A DNA stretch of 64,000 bases, taken from assembly GCF_003334305.1 (NCBI RefSeq), contig NZ_QOWS01000011.1. One strand, written 5' to 3'. The DNA is from Escherichia coli (GTDB lineage: Bacteria > Pseudomonadota > Gammaproteobacteria > Enterobacterales > Enterobacteriaceae). The notes beneath the pieces were generated by a model that saw nothing but the letters and a program-made list of their open reading frames with translations, had not been told where the DNA came from and ran no database searches. The position numbers and the translations under genes were made by a program. Positions 53,637 to 64,000 of this stretch are shown one piece after another; positions within the stretch are counted from its first letter, which is position 1, and each line of letters starts with the position of its first letter.

Positions 53637-53762
53637 GCCTGCAACTTGTCGTTACACCCTCCTTAATTATTAATCACCGGCAAAGCCACTCAAAAAGTAT
53701 CTCTGTTACGGACCGACATGTAAGATAGGTGCTGGCGAGTTGAGATCCACAAGGAAAAGCGT

Positions 53763-54428
53763 ATGAAAACGGGACCGTTAAACGAAAGTGAGTTGGAATG
53801 GCTGGACGATATTCTGACCAAATACAACACTGACCACGCCATCCTTGATGTGGCGGAACTGGACGGTTTATTGACGGCGGTGTTGAGTTCTCCGCAAGAG
53901 ATTGAACCGGCACAGTGGCTGGTTGCCGTATGGGGTGGGGCTGACTATGTGCCACGCTGGGCGTCAGAGAAAGAGATGACGCGCTTTATGAACCTGGCTT
54001 TTCAGCATATGGCCGATACCGCAGAGCGTCTGAACGAATTCCCGGAGCAGTTTGAGCCGTTATTCGGCTTGCGAGAAGTCGATGGCAGCGAGCTGACGAT
54101 TGTTGAGGAGTGGTGCTTTGGCTATATGCGGGGCGTGGCACTTTCTGACTGGTCAACGTTGCCCGATTCGTTAAAACCAGCGCTGGAGGCGATTGCGCTG
54201 CACGGTACTGAGGAAAACTTCGAGCGGGTAGAGAAGATGTCGCCAGAAGCGTTTGAAGAGAGCGTAGATGCCATTCGACTGGCGGCGCTTGATCTACATG
54301 CGTACTGGATGGCGCATCCGCAGGAAAAAGCTGTTCAGCAACCGATCAAAGCAGAAGAGAAACCGGGGCGTAATGATCCTTGCCCGTGCGGTAGTGGTAA
54401 GAAATTTAAGCAGTGCTGCCTGCATTAA
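53763..54428 (+). CDS. yecA: UPF0149-family protein YecA with C-terminal SEC-C zinc motif
   Basis: 221-aa ORF ending in [13 protein letters not shown]. Confidence 0.9.
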   Translation: MKTGPLNESELEWLDDILTKYNTDHAILDVAELDGLLTAVLSSPQEIEPAQWLVAVWGGADYVPRWASEKEMTRFMNLAFQHMADTAERLNEFPEQFEPLFGLREVDGSELTIVEEWCFGYMRGVALSDWSTLPDSLKPALEAIALHGTEENFERVEKMSPEAFEESVDAIRLAALDLHAYWMAHPQEKAVQQPIKAEEKPGRNDPCPCGSGKKFKQCCLH

Positions 54429-54489
54429 GAGAGCAAATTGGGTGTCAGCGTTAATTCTGGCACCCAATAAGGAATTTGAGGCTATCTGA

Positions 54490-55701
54490 TCACCCCACTT
54501 CTGGTAACAAGCCTGCCGCAATCAAAAATTGCACGCTAATCACAGCAATACCACAGAGAAACACCACCACCAGCGCCGGACGACCACCTTTCACCCGGTA
54601 ACCCGCCTGAGGATTGTGCTTTCTGCTTTGCCAGGTCAACAGCGAAGGGATAATCAATGCCAGTACCGCCAGCGCCACACCGGCGTAACCCAGCGCCATC
54701 ACAAATCCTCGTGGATAAAACAGTGCAAACGCCAACGGAGGCAGAAAGGTAATTGCACCAGTTTGCAATCGTCCACCAACGGTATTTGAACGCTGAAACA
54801 AATCAGCCAGATAATCAAATAAACCTAACGCAACGCCGAGAAATGACGTGGCGAGGGCTAAATCAGCAAATAAATGCACCGCCAGCTCAACATGCGGAGA
54901 GGCCACCATTTCGCGTAACGCCTGTAACAGCCCGTTTAATCCGGCATGATTAGCCAGCAATCCCATAAAGGTTGTTGAATCAATGCTGCCAAGGGTCGCC
55001 AGCTGCCAGAAAATATATGCCACCAGGGGGATCGCACTACCGATTATAAACACCCAGCGTAGTTTACGAATGTTGCCATCCATATAGCTGACAATACTCG
55101 GCACGCTACCGTGAAAACCAAACGACGTAAAAATCACCGGGATTGCAGATAGTGCGAGCCCCTGTTGCAACGGCAGGGTTAAAAGATTCACTTTGTGAAT
55201 ATGCGGCAGCAGTAGTACCAGCATTACCACCAGAAAAATAATCTTGGCGCTGAACAGAAAACGGTTAAACAAATCGACCAGCGATGTCCCGACACAAACC
55301 ACGCCACCGGCAACAAAAGTGAACAACAGCACGCCAGCGGTTGCCGACATTGAAATACCTGTCCAGTCGCTGATGCTGGAGGCCAACAATTCACCGGCAC
55401 CGCTGATGTATGCCGCAGTCAGAGCATACATTAAGAACATCATACTGAAGCCTGTCAGCCACTGACCGTAGCGTCCCAGATAGCGTTTTGCCAGCGTGCC
55501 CAGGCCGGTATCTGCCGGGACATGCTGGTACACCTCCAGCAGTAATAGCGCCGTGTAGCACATCAACGCCCAAAGCCCAATCAACAAGATTAACGTGACG
55601 CTAAAACCGACACCTGCCGCAGCCAGCGGCATTGCCAGCATGCCTGCGCCAATTGTGGTTCCCGCCACGATAAAAACACTTCCCAGAGTTCTGTTTTTCA
55701 C
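54490..55701 (-). CDS. tyrP: Tyrosine-specific transporter
   Basis: 403-aa polytopic membrane ORF. Confidence 0.95.
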   Translation of the reverse strand: MKNRTLGSVFIVAGTTIGAGMLAMPLAAAGVGFSVTLILLIGLWALMCYTALLLLEVYQHVPADTGLGTLAKRYLGRYGQWLTGFSMMFLMYALTAAYISGAGELLASSISDWTGISMSATAGVLLFTFVAGGVVCVGTSLVDLFNRFLFSAKIIFLVVMLVLLLPHIHKVNLLTLPLQQGLALSAIPVIFTSFGFHGSVPSIVSYMDGNIRKLRWVFIIGSAIPLVAYIFWQLATLGSIDSTTFMGLLANHAGLNGLLQALREMVASPHVELAVHLFADLALATSFLGVALGLFDYLADLFQRSNTVGGRLQTGAITFLPPLAFALFYPRGFVMALGYAGVALAVLALIIPSLLTWQSRKHNPQAGYRVKGGRPALVVVFLCGIAVISVQFLIAAGLLPEVG

Positions 55702-55792
55702 GCTTTCTTCTGTCCTGACGATCTTTATGAGTGATATCTGCGGCGCAGGTTAAGGCATAACGGCTGGTTCGTCAAACCGGCGTTACATATGG

Positions 55793-55810
55793 TGTAAATA
55801 TAAATGTACA
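55793..55810. promoter_or_regulatory. TyrR box in the tyrP promoter
   Basis: TGTAAATATAAATGTACA, close to the TGTAAA-N6-TTTACA consensus. Confidence 0.65.
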
Positions 55811-55890
55811 ATAAAATGCGTTCAGTCCTGCGCTGGCGCAAAGTCTTGGTAAGCGGCAATCGCTACGCTAGCCTTTTTTGAGGAGGAACG

Positions 55891-56130
55891 ATGGACTCTA
55901 TTCACGGTCATGAAGTGTTAAATATGATGATTGAATCAGGTGAGCAATATACGCATGCCAGTCTGGAAGCTGCGATTAAAGCGCGTTTTGGTGAACAGGC
56001 ACGTTTTCACACTTGCTCGGCAGAAGGGATGACAGCGGGAGAGCTGGTAGCGTTTCTGGCAGCAAAAGGCAAATTTATACCTTCGGAAGAAGGTTTTTCG
56101 ACCGATCAGAGTAAGATTTGCCGTCACTGA
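55891..56130 (+). CDS. yecH: Small protein YecH
   Basis: 79-aa ORF. Confidence 0.85.
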   Translation: MDSIHGHEVLNMMIESGEQYTHASLEAAIKARFGEQARFHTCSAEGMTAGELVAFLAAKGKFIPSEEGFSTDQSKICRH

Positions 56131-56135
56131 TTTGA

Positions 56136-56163
56136 AACGGCGGCAGTAAACCTGCCGCCGGAG
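56136..56163. terminator. Hairpin between convergent yecH and ftnA
   Basis: CGGCGGCAG TAAA CCTGCCGCCG stem-loop. Confidence 0.6.
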
Positions 56164-56167
56164 AACA

Positions 56168-56665
56168 TTAGTTTTGTGTGTCGAGGGTAGAGAGTTCTTT
56201 GTCGATAAAATACAGACCTTCGCCGCTTTTGCCTGCCAGGCTTAATTTATCAATAATCGATTTGAACAGTTTCTCTTCTTCATGCTGCTCAGAAACATAC
56301 CATTGCAGGAAATTAAATGTTGGGTAGTCCTGATTGGTCATTGCAGCATGAGCCAGTTCGTTAATTTTCTGCGTGATTAATTGTTCGTGTTTATAGGTTT
56401 CCTGGAATAATTCATCAAGTGAGGAATATTCAGCAAACGGAGATTCAACGGTATTAATACGCGGTAAGTTGCCGGTATCAGTCAGATAATCAAACAGACG
56501 CTGCATATGCGTCATCTCTTCCTGGGCGTGGCGGCGCAGGAACGCGGCAGCACCTTCGAAGGTATGATAGCTGCACCAGGCGCTCATTTGCTGATAAAGC
56601 AGTGAAGAGTACAGTTCCAGGTTCATCTGCTCATTAAGTTTTTCAATCATTTCTGGTTTCAGCAT
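56168..56665 (-). CDS. ftnA: Ferritin FtnA
   Basis: 165-aa frame starting [15 protein letters not shown]. Confidence 0.95.
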
Positions 56666-56835
56666 GATAGTGCTCCACAAAGGTTATATTTGTTGCTGTG
56701 GCGTCACTATAATTTGTTATTTTATTATTTGCAAAAGGTAAAATATAAACTTCAATTATTAAAAATACGAATGGGAATAAAACGCATTACCGCTATTTAT
56801 TTAATCAGCGAAGATCCCCTCGCTGATTAAAACAT

Positions 56836-57159
56836 TTAGAGAAAGACAGGGAAGGCGGAATGATGGCACTGATATGACAAAGTGAATTCCGTATTCAAAC
56901 ATAAGGAACCCGCAAAAAGGCTACAGTTGCCTACTGGCTGACCAAAGGGGATAGCGTGGGTATAGCCTTCCTGCTGGCATGCGCGATCGGCGATCCCGCG
57001 ACTGACATAACGATCGGTACGGGCATGCTGCAAAAAAGCCTGATCATAAACCAACCGAACAATACCTGTTGCCGTGTCAACTTCGCCCACATGAGCCTGG
57101 CGAGTAACTGTGCACCCCGCCAGCGTTATTAATGAAAGAGTCAGAATCAGAAGTCTCAT
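56836..57159 (-). CDS. yecR: Lipoprotein YecR
   Basis: 107-aa ORF with lipobox LAGC. Confidence 0.85.
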   Translation of the reverse strand: MRLLILTLSLITLAGCTVTRQAHVGEVDTATGIVRLVYDQAFLQHARTDRYVSRGIADRACQQEGYTHAIPFGQPVGNCSLFAGSLCLNTEFTLSYQCHHSAFPVFL

Positions 57160-57324
57160 GGTCCAGCCAGAAGAGTAAAAGAAAGCACTATTTTACGCGT
57201 TACAGCGCTGCGACAATGGCCGGAAAAGACGCCTGGCAGGCGCTATTTCTTGCCATCTGTAGGTGTCAGAAATGGGGGTGCTGCTTTTTGATTATCATTT
57301 TTATAACATTAAAAGGGTATTTAT

Positions 57325-57340
57325 GTGATTTGCATCACAT
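57325..57340. promoter_or_regulatory. Consensus CRP site upstream of azuC
   Basis: TGTGATTTGCATCACA; a second CRP-like site TGTGATGGTTGTCATA lies about 20 nt downstream. Confidence 0.65.
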
Positions 57341-57421
57341 AAAGATTGATTTTTGTGATGGTTGTCATATTATAAGTGCAAAGACAATAACACCTGCATA
57401 ACAAATAGTCGGAGTGCCGCG

Positions 57422-57508
57422 ATGAAACTGCGCAAGATCCTGAAAAGTATGTTCAATAACTATTGCAAGACGTTCAAAGACGTACCACCAGGCAATATGT
57501 TCCGATAA
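57422..57508 (+). CDS. azuC: Small protein AzuC (28 aa); the mRNA also acts as the IsrB/AzuR RNA
   Basis: Translates to MKLRKILKSMFNNYCKTFKDVPPGNMFR; below the size cut-off of the ORF track. Confidence 0.85.
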   Translation: MKLRKILKSMFNNYCKTFKDVPPGNMFR

Positions 57509-57514
57509 CAAAAA

Positions 57515-57537
57515 ACCTGCTCCGGCAGGTTTTTTTG
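57515..57537 (+). terminator. azuC intrinsic terminator
   Basis: ACCTGC TCCG GCAGGTTTTTTTG hairpin with U-tract. Confidence 0.85.
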
Positions 57538-57622
57538 TGTCCTGGTGACGGTGGATGTGACTATCGCTGAAGATGTGAAGCCGCTACTATAACGGCTTTC
57601 AAAATGCTATCAGGAGTTTACG

Positions 57623-57874
57623 ATGTCCCAGCCGCTGAATGCCGATCAGGAACTGGTTTCTGATGTGGTTGCTTGCCAGTTGGTTATCAAACAAATTCTC
57701 GACGTTCTGGATGTAATCGCGCCCGTTGAAGTTCGCGAAAAAATGTCCAGCCAGCTGAAGAATATCGACTTTACTCACCATCCCGCCGCCGCAGACCCGG
57801 TCACCATGCGGGCAATCCAAAAAGCCATCGCGCTGATTGAACTCAAGTTTACCCCACAGGGCGAATCCCATTAA
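57623..57874 (+). CDS. yecJ: Small protein YecJ
   Basis: 83-aa ORF. Confidence 0.85.
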   Translation: MSQPLNADQELVSDVVACQLVIKQILDVLDVIAPVEVREKMSSQLKNIDFTHHPAAADPVTMRAIQKAIALIELKFTPQGESH

Positions 57875-57952
57875 AAAACCGCATCTTCAAAAAGATGAGG
57901 CAGCGGTTTCTCAAAAACTTCATCGGCGCAATTGCATTAGCGCCGATGACGA

Positions 57953-58456
57953 TCAATGCAGCTGATGCGACACGACATTCAGAACATGTTGGTCAGTCTG
58001 CACAGGGCACATACCAGCAAGTTTCGCACTGCGCACTTCATCAAGAATGGTTTGCAGCAACAGGCCATCATGCTGCTGTTCTTTTTCCAGATCGCGCAGG
58101 AAATTGACGGTTGAATCATCATTCAGTTCTTTAGCTTCATCGGCTAACTGTGCCAGCGTGCTTGAACGTTGCTCGTATTCTTCCATCGTTTTTTGGAAAA
58201 GTTCTTCCAGTGAGTTCAGTTTTTCACCGGGAACATCAATGGCTTTAACGATGGGAGTAGCGCCGACACTCTTCATAAAGTTAAACATGCGCATCATTTG
58301 GGTCACGTTACTCTGTGCCTGGGCGCGAAGGAAAGTGGCGGTGCCGTTCAGACTCTGTTCAGAACACCAGTTACTCAGGTGAAGGTAGAGATTGGATGCG
58401 TAAAACTCGCGGTTCATTTGAGAGTTGAGTTTGAGAAGCATTCCAGCGGTTGCCAT
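57953..58456 (-). CDS. ftnB: Ferritin-like protein FtnB
   Basis: 167-aa ferritin-fold ORF. Confidence 0.9.
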   Translation of the reverse strand: MATAGMLLKLNSQMNREFYASNLYLHLSNWCSEQSLNGTATFLRAQAQSNVTQMMRMFNFMKSVGATPIVKAIDVPGEKLNSLEELFQKTMEEYEQRSSTLAQLADEAKELNDDSTVNFLRDLEKEQQHDGLLLQTILDEVRSAKLAGMCPVQTDQHVLNVVSHQLH

Positions 58457-59251
58457 ACCTAATATCCTTATATCCAGAAGTGGAGAGGTGCAAGATAAAT
58501 CAAAACACCATAATTACTGTTTGCAGAATAATTCCTTTCTGCCGGTCCGAAATGTGATCGTGGAGTCAATTCTGACGATGATCTGAAATAAGAATAACGT
58601 CTGAACGGGTATAAGAAAATGCTTAAATCATCAAGTTTATATATTTTTACATTTCATTGATGAAATCAATGTAACTGCAATGAATTTTAATGATAGTGCT
58701 TTTTGTATCTTGTTGATATTAATCGGTGAATTTGAATTCATGATGAAGCAATGATTTTTTAAAACGTTTTTTCATTTTTGCGATATGGCTCTCAGTATAC
58801 GTGTTCTGTTAATTAATGAACACGGTGATAATTAATGGCGAAATGAATGACGCGCTTTTTCCACATCTTTGAGTTGCGGTTATTACACCATTGCAAAAAC
58901 TCAACGCCAGGTAATGTGGCCTATTGACTGGTTAAAAAAAAGACATCCAGCTGGGTACCAAAGACAACAAGGATTTCCAGGCTAATCTTATGGATTAATC
59001 TGCTGTGCACTAGACAATTTGTCAGACAAATTGGCTTTTCCTTATGTCTTTTCCCGCTAAATTTATGCACGTTCTCACTGTAATTCTGCGATGTGATATT
59101 GCTCTCCTATGGAGAATTAATTTCTCGCTAAAACTATGTCAACACAGTCACTTATCTTTTAGTTAAAAGGTAATGCTTTGTTTTCCGATTAATTTAACGA
59201 ATGTCATTCGTTTTTGCCCTACACAAAACGACACTAAAGCTGGAGAGAACC

Positions 59252-60241
59252 ATGCACAAATTTACTAAAGCCCTGGCAGCCATTGGTCTGGCAGCCGTTA
59301 TGTCACAATCCGCTATGGCGGAGAACCTGAAGCTCGGTTTCCTGGTGAAGCAACCGGAAGAGCCGTGGTTCCAGACCGAATGGAAGTTTGCCGATAAAGC
59401 CGGGAAGGATTTAGGGTTTGAGGTTATTAAGATTGCCGTGCCGGATGGCGAAAAAACATTGAACGCGATCGACAGCCTGGCTGCCAGTGGCGCAAAAGGT
59501 TTCGTTATTTGTACTCCGGACCCCAAACTCGGCTCTGCCATCGTCGCGAAAGCGCGTGGCTACGATATGAAAGTCATTGCCGTGGATGACCAGTTTGTTA
59601 ACGCCAAAGGTAAGCCAATGGATACCGTTCCGCTGGTGATGATGGCGGCGACTAAAATTGGCGAACGTCAGGGTCAGGAACTGTATAAAGAGATGCAGAA
59701 ACGTGGCTGGGATGTCAAAGAAAGCGCGGTGATGGCGATTACCGCCAACGAACTGGATACGGCACGTCGCCGTACAACGGGTTCTATGGATGCGCTGAAA
59801 GCGGCCGGATTCCCGGAAAAACAAATTTATCAGGTACCTACCAAATCTAACGACATTCCGGGGGCATTTGACGCTGCCAACTCAATGCTGGTTCAACATC
59901 CGGAAGTTAAACATTGGCTGATCGTCGGTATGAACGACAGCACCGTGCTGGGCGGCGTACGCGCGACGGAAGGTCAGGGCTTTAAAGCTGCCGATATCAT
60001 CGGCATTGGCATTAACGGTGTGGATGCGGTGAGCGAACTGTCTAAAGCACAGGCAACCGGCTTCTACGGTTCCCTGCTGCCAAGCCCGGACGTACATGGC
60101 TATAAATCCAGCGAAATGCTTTACAACTGGGTAGCAAAAGACGTTGAACCGCCAAAATTTACCGAAGTTACCGACGTGGTGCTGATCACGCGTGACAACT
60201 TTAAAGAAGAACTGGAGAAAAAAGGTTTAGGCGGTAAGTAA
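59252..60241 (+). CDS. araF: L-arabinose-binding periplasmic protein
   Basis: 329-aa frame starting MHKFTKALAAIGLAAVMSQSAMA. Confidence 0.95.
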   Translation: MHKFTKALAAIGLAAVMSQSAMAENLKLGFLVKQPEEPWFQTEWKFADKAGKDLGFEVIKIAVPDGEKTLNAIDSLAASGAKGFVICTPDPKLGSAIVAKARGYDMKVIAVDDQFVNAKGKPMDTVPLVMMAATKIGERQGQELYKEMQKRGWDVKESAVMAITANELDTARRRTTGSMDALKAAGFPEKQIYQVPTKSNDIPGAFDAANSMLVQHPEVKHWLIVGMNDSTVLGGVRATEGQGFKAADIIGIGINGVDAVSELSKAQATGFYGSLLPSPDVHGYKSSEMLYNWVAKDVEPPKFTEVTDVVLITRDNFKEELEKKGLGGK

Positions 60242-60310
60242 TTTGCCGGAAAAATTCCCCTCTGCATGATGCAGAGGGGGTGTGAACGACCAGTGATTCA
60301 CGGAGACGTT

Positions 60311-61825
60311 ATGCAACAGTCTACCCCGTATCTCTCATTTCGCGGCATCGGTAAAACGTTTCCCGGCGTTAAGGCGCTGACGGATATTAGTTTTGACTGC
60401 TATGCCGGTCAGGTTCATGCGTTGATGGGTGAAAATGGCGCAGGAAAATCAACTCTCTTAAAAATCCTCAGCGGCAACTATGCGCCAACCACGGGTTCTG
60501 TAGTGATTAATGGGCAGGAAATGTCCTTTTCCGACACGACCGCAGCACTTAACGCGGGTGTGGCGATTATTTACCAGGAACTGCATCTCGTGCCGGAAAT
60601 GACCGTCGCGGAAAACATCTATCTCGGCCAGCTGCCGCATAAAGGCGGCATTGTGAATCGCTCATTGCTGAATTATGAGGCGGGTTTACAACTTAAACAT
60701 CTTGGTATGGATATTGACCCGGACACGCCGCTGAAATATCTCTCCATTGGTCAGTGGCAGATGGTTGAAATCGCCAAGGCGCTGGCGCGTAACGCTAAAA
60801 TTATCGCCTTTGATGAGCCAACCAGCTCCCTTTCTGCCCGCGAAATCGACAATCTTTTCCGCGTTATTCGTGAACTGCGAAAAGAGGGGCGGGTGATCTT
60901 ATACGTTTCTCACCGTATGGAAGAAATATTTGCCCTCAGCGATGCCATCACTGTCTTTAAAGATGGACGTTATGTCAAAACCTTTACCGATATGCAGCAG
61001 GTTGACCACGACGCGCTGGTGCAGGCGATGGTCGGGCGCGACATTGGCGATATCTACGGCTGGCAACCTCGTAGTTATGGCGAGGAGCGCCTGCGTCTTG
61101 ATGCTGTGAAAGCACCAGGCGTGCGTACGCCAATAAGTCTGGCGGTTCGCAGTGGTGAAATTGTTGGGCTGTTTGGTCTGGTAGGGGCGGGGCGTAGCGA
61201 ATTAATGAAAGGCTTGTTTGGCGGGACGCAAATCACCGCCGGTCAGGTTTATATCGACCAACAGCCGATCGATATTCGTAAACCGAGCCACGCCATTGCC
61301 GCAGGCATGATGCTCTGCCCGGAAGATCGCAAAGCGGAAGGCATTATTCCCGTGCACTCCGTTCGCGACAATATCAACATCAGTGCCAGACGTAAACATG
61401 TGCTCGGCGGTTGTGTAATCAACAACGGTTGGGAAGAAAACAATGCCGATCACCACATTCGTTCGCTCAACATCAAAACGCCGGGCGCTGAGCAACTGAT
61501 CATGAATCTCTCAGGCGGAAATCAGCAAAAAGCCATTCTGGGCCGCTGGTTATCGGAAGAGATGAAGGTCATTTTGCTGGATGAACCTACGCGCGGCATT
61601 GATGTTGGTGCTAAGCATGAAATTTACAACGTGATTTATGCGCTGGCGGCGCAGGGTGTGGCGGTGCTGTTTGCCTCCAGCGACTTACCTGAAGTCCTCG
61701 GCGTTGCCGACCGGATTGTGGTGATGCGGGAAGGTGAAATCGCCGGTGAATTGTTACACGAGCAGGCAGATGAGCGTCAGGCACTGAGCCTTGCGATGCC
61801 TAAAGTCAGCCAGGCAGTTGCCTGA
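60311..61825 (+). CDS. araG: L-arabinose ABC transporter ATPase
   Basis: 504-aa frame with duplicated ABC ATPase domains. Confidence 0.95.
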   Translation: MQQSTPYLSFRGIGKTFPGVKALTDISFDCYAGQVHALMGENGAGKSTLLKILSGNYAPTTGSVVINGQEMSFSDTTAALNAGVAIIYQELHLVPEMTVAENIYLGQLPHKGGIVNRSLLNYEAGLQLKHLGMDIDPDTPLKYLSIGQWQMVEIAKALARNAKIIAFDEPTSSLSAREIDNLFRVIRELRKEGRVILYVSHRMEEIFALSDAITVFKDGRYVKTFTDMQQVDHDALVQAMVGRDIGDIYGWQPRSYGEERLRLDAVKAPGVRTPISLAVRSGEIVGLFGLVGAGRSELMKGLFGGTQITAGQVYIDQQPIDIRKPSHAIAAGMMLCPEDRKAEGIIPVHSVRDNINISARRKHVLGGCVINNGWEENNADHHIRSLNIKTPGAEQLIMNLSGGNQQKAILGRWLSEEMKVILLDEPTRGIDVGAKHEIYNVIYALAAQGVAVLFASSDLPEVLGVADRIVVMREGEIAGELLHEQADERQALSLAMPKVSQAVA

Positions 61826-61839
61826 GTAAGGAGAGTATG

Positions 61840-64000
<2,161 letters not shown>

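Noticed and set aside
58457-59251. About 800-bp AT-rich ftnB-araF spacer as a possible hidden gene or element
   Set aside because: No ORF of 60 aa or more and no repeats; consistent with the long araFGH regulatory region, though small ORFs cannot be excluded by eye

Overview
This window is Escherichia coli chromosome (K-12 gene order asnT to otsA, reverse-complemented), and I found no convincing previously undescribed system in it; the content is almost entirely recognisable core genome plus the edge of one known island. From left to right: the last ~2.6 kb of a yersiniabactin high-pathogenicity island (HPI; partial ybtS and a P4-family integrase) abutting tRNA-Asn (asnT); mtfA, serU, zinT; the msrQP-hiuH / hprRS oxidative-stress cluster; hchA; an intact yedS-type porin; yedR, yedJ, dcm-vsr, yedA, yedI, yodC, dgcQ, yedP; DsrA sRNA, yodD, dsrB, rcsA; the complete flagellar region III (fliR to fliE, then fliT-fliS-fliD, fliC, fliA-fliZ); yedL/K/F/E/D and amyA; the cystine uptake genes tcyJ-dcyD-tcyLN; sdiA, yecF, uvrY-uvrC, pgsA; the glyW-cysT-leuZ tRNA operon; yecA, tyrP, yecH, ftnA, yecR, azuC, yecJ, ftnB; araFGH, otsB and the start of otsA. 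The strain is not K-12. The observations most worth a second look are: (1) the HPI integrase has its conserved N-terminus encoded in frame but with ATA where the initiator codon should be; (2) yedK carries an in-frame TAA with the remaining 38 codons still intact downstream; (3) a strong minus-strand intrinsic terminator in the porin-yedR spacer, consistent with the RseX sRNA locus; (4) no yodB between serU and zinT, and no yedN/yedM/intG between fliE and yedL; (5) a 568-aa flagellin with a non-K-12 variable domain. All gene identities come from reading the translations against remembered E. coli proteins; nothing was searched or computed.
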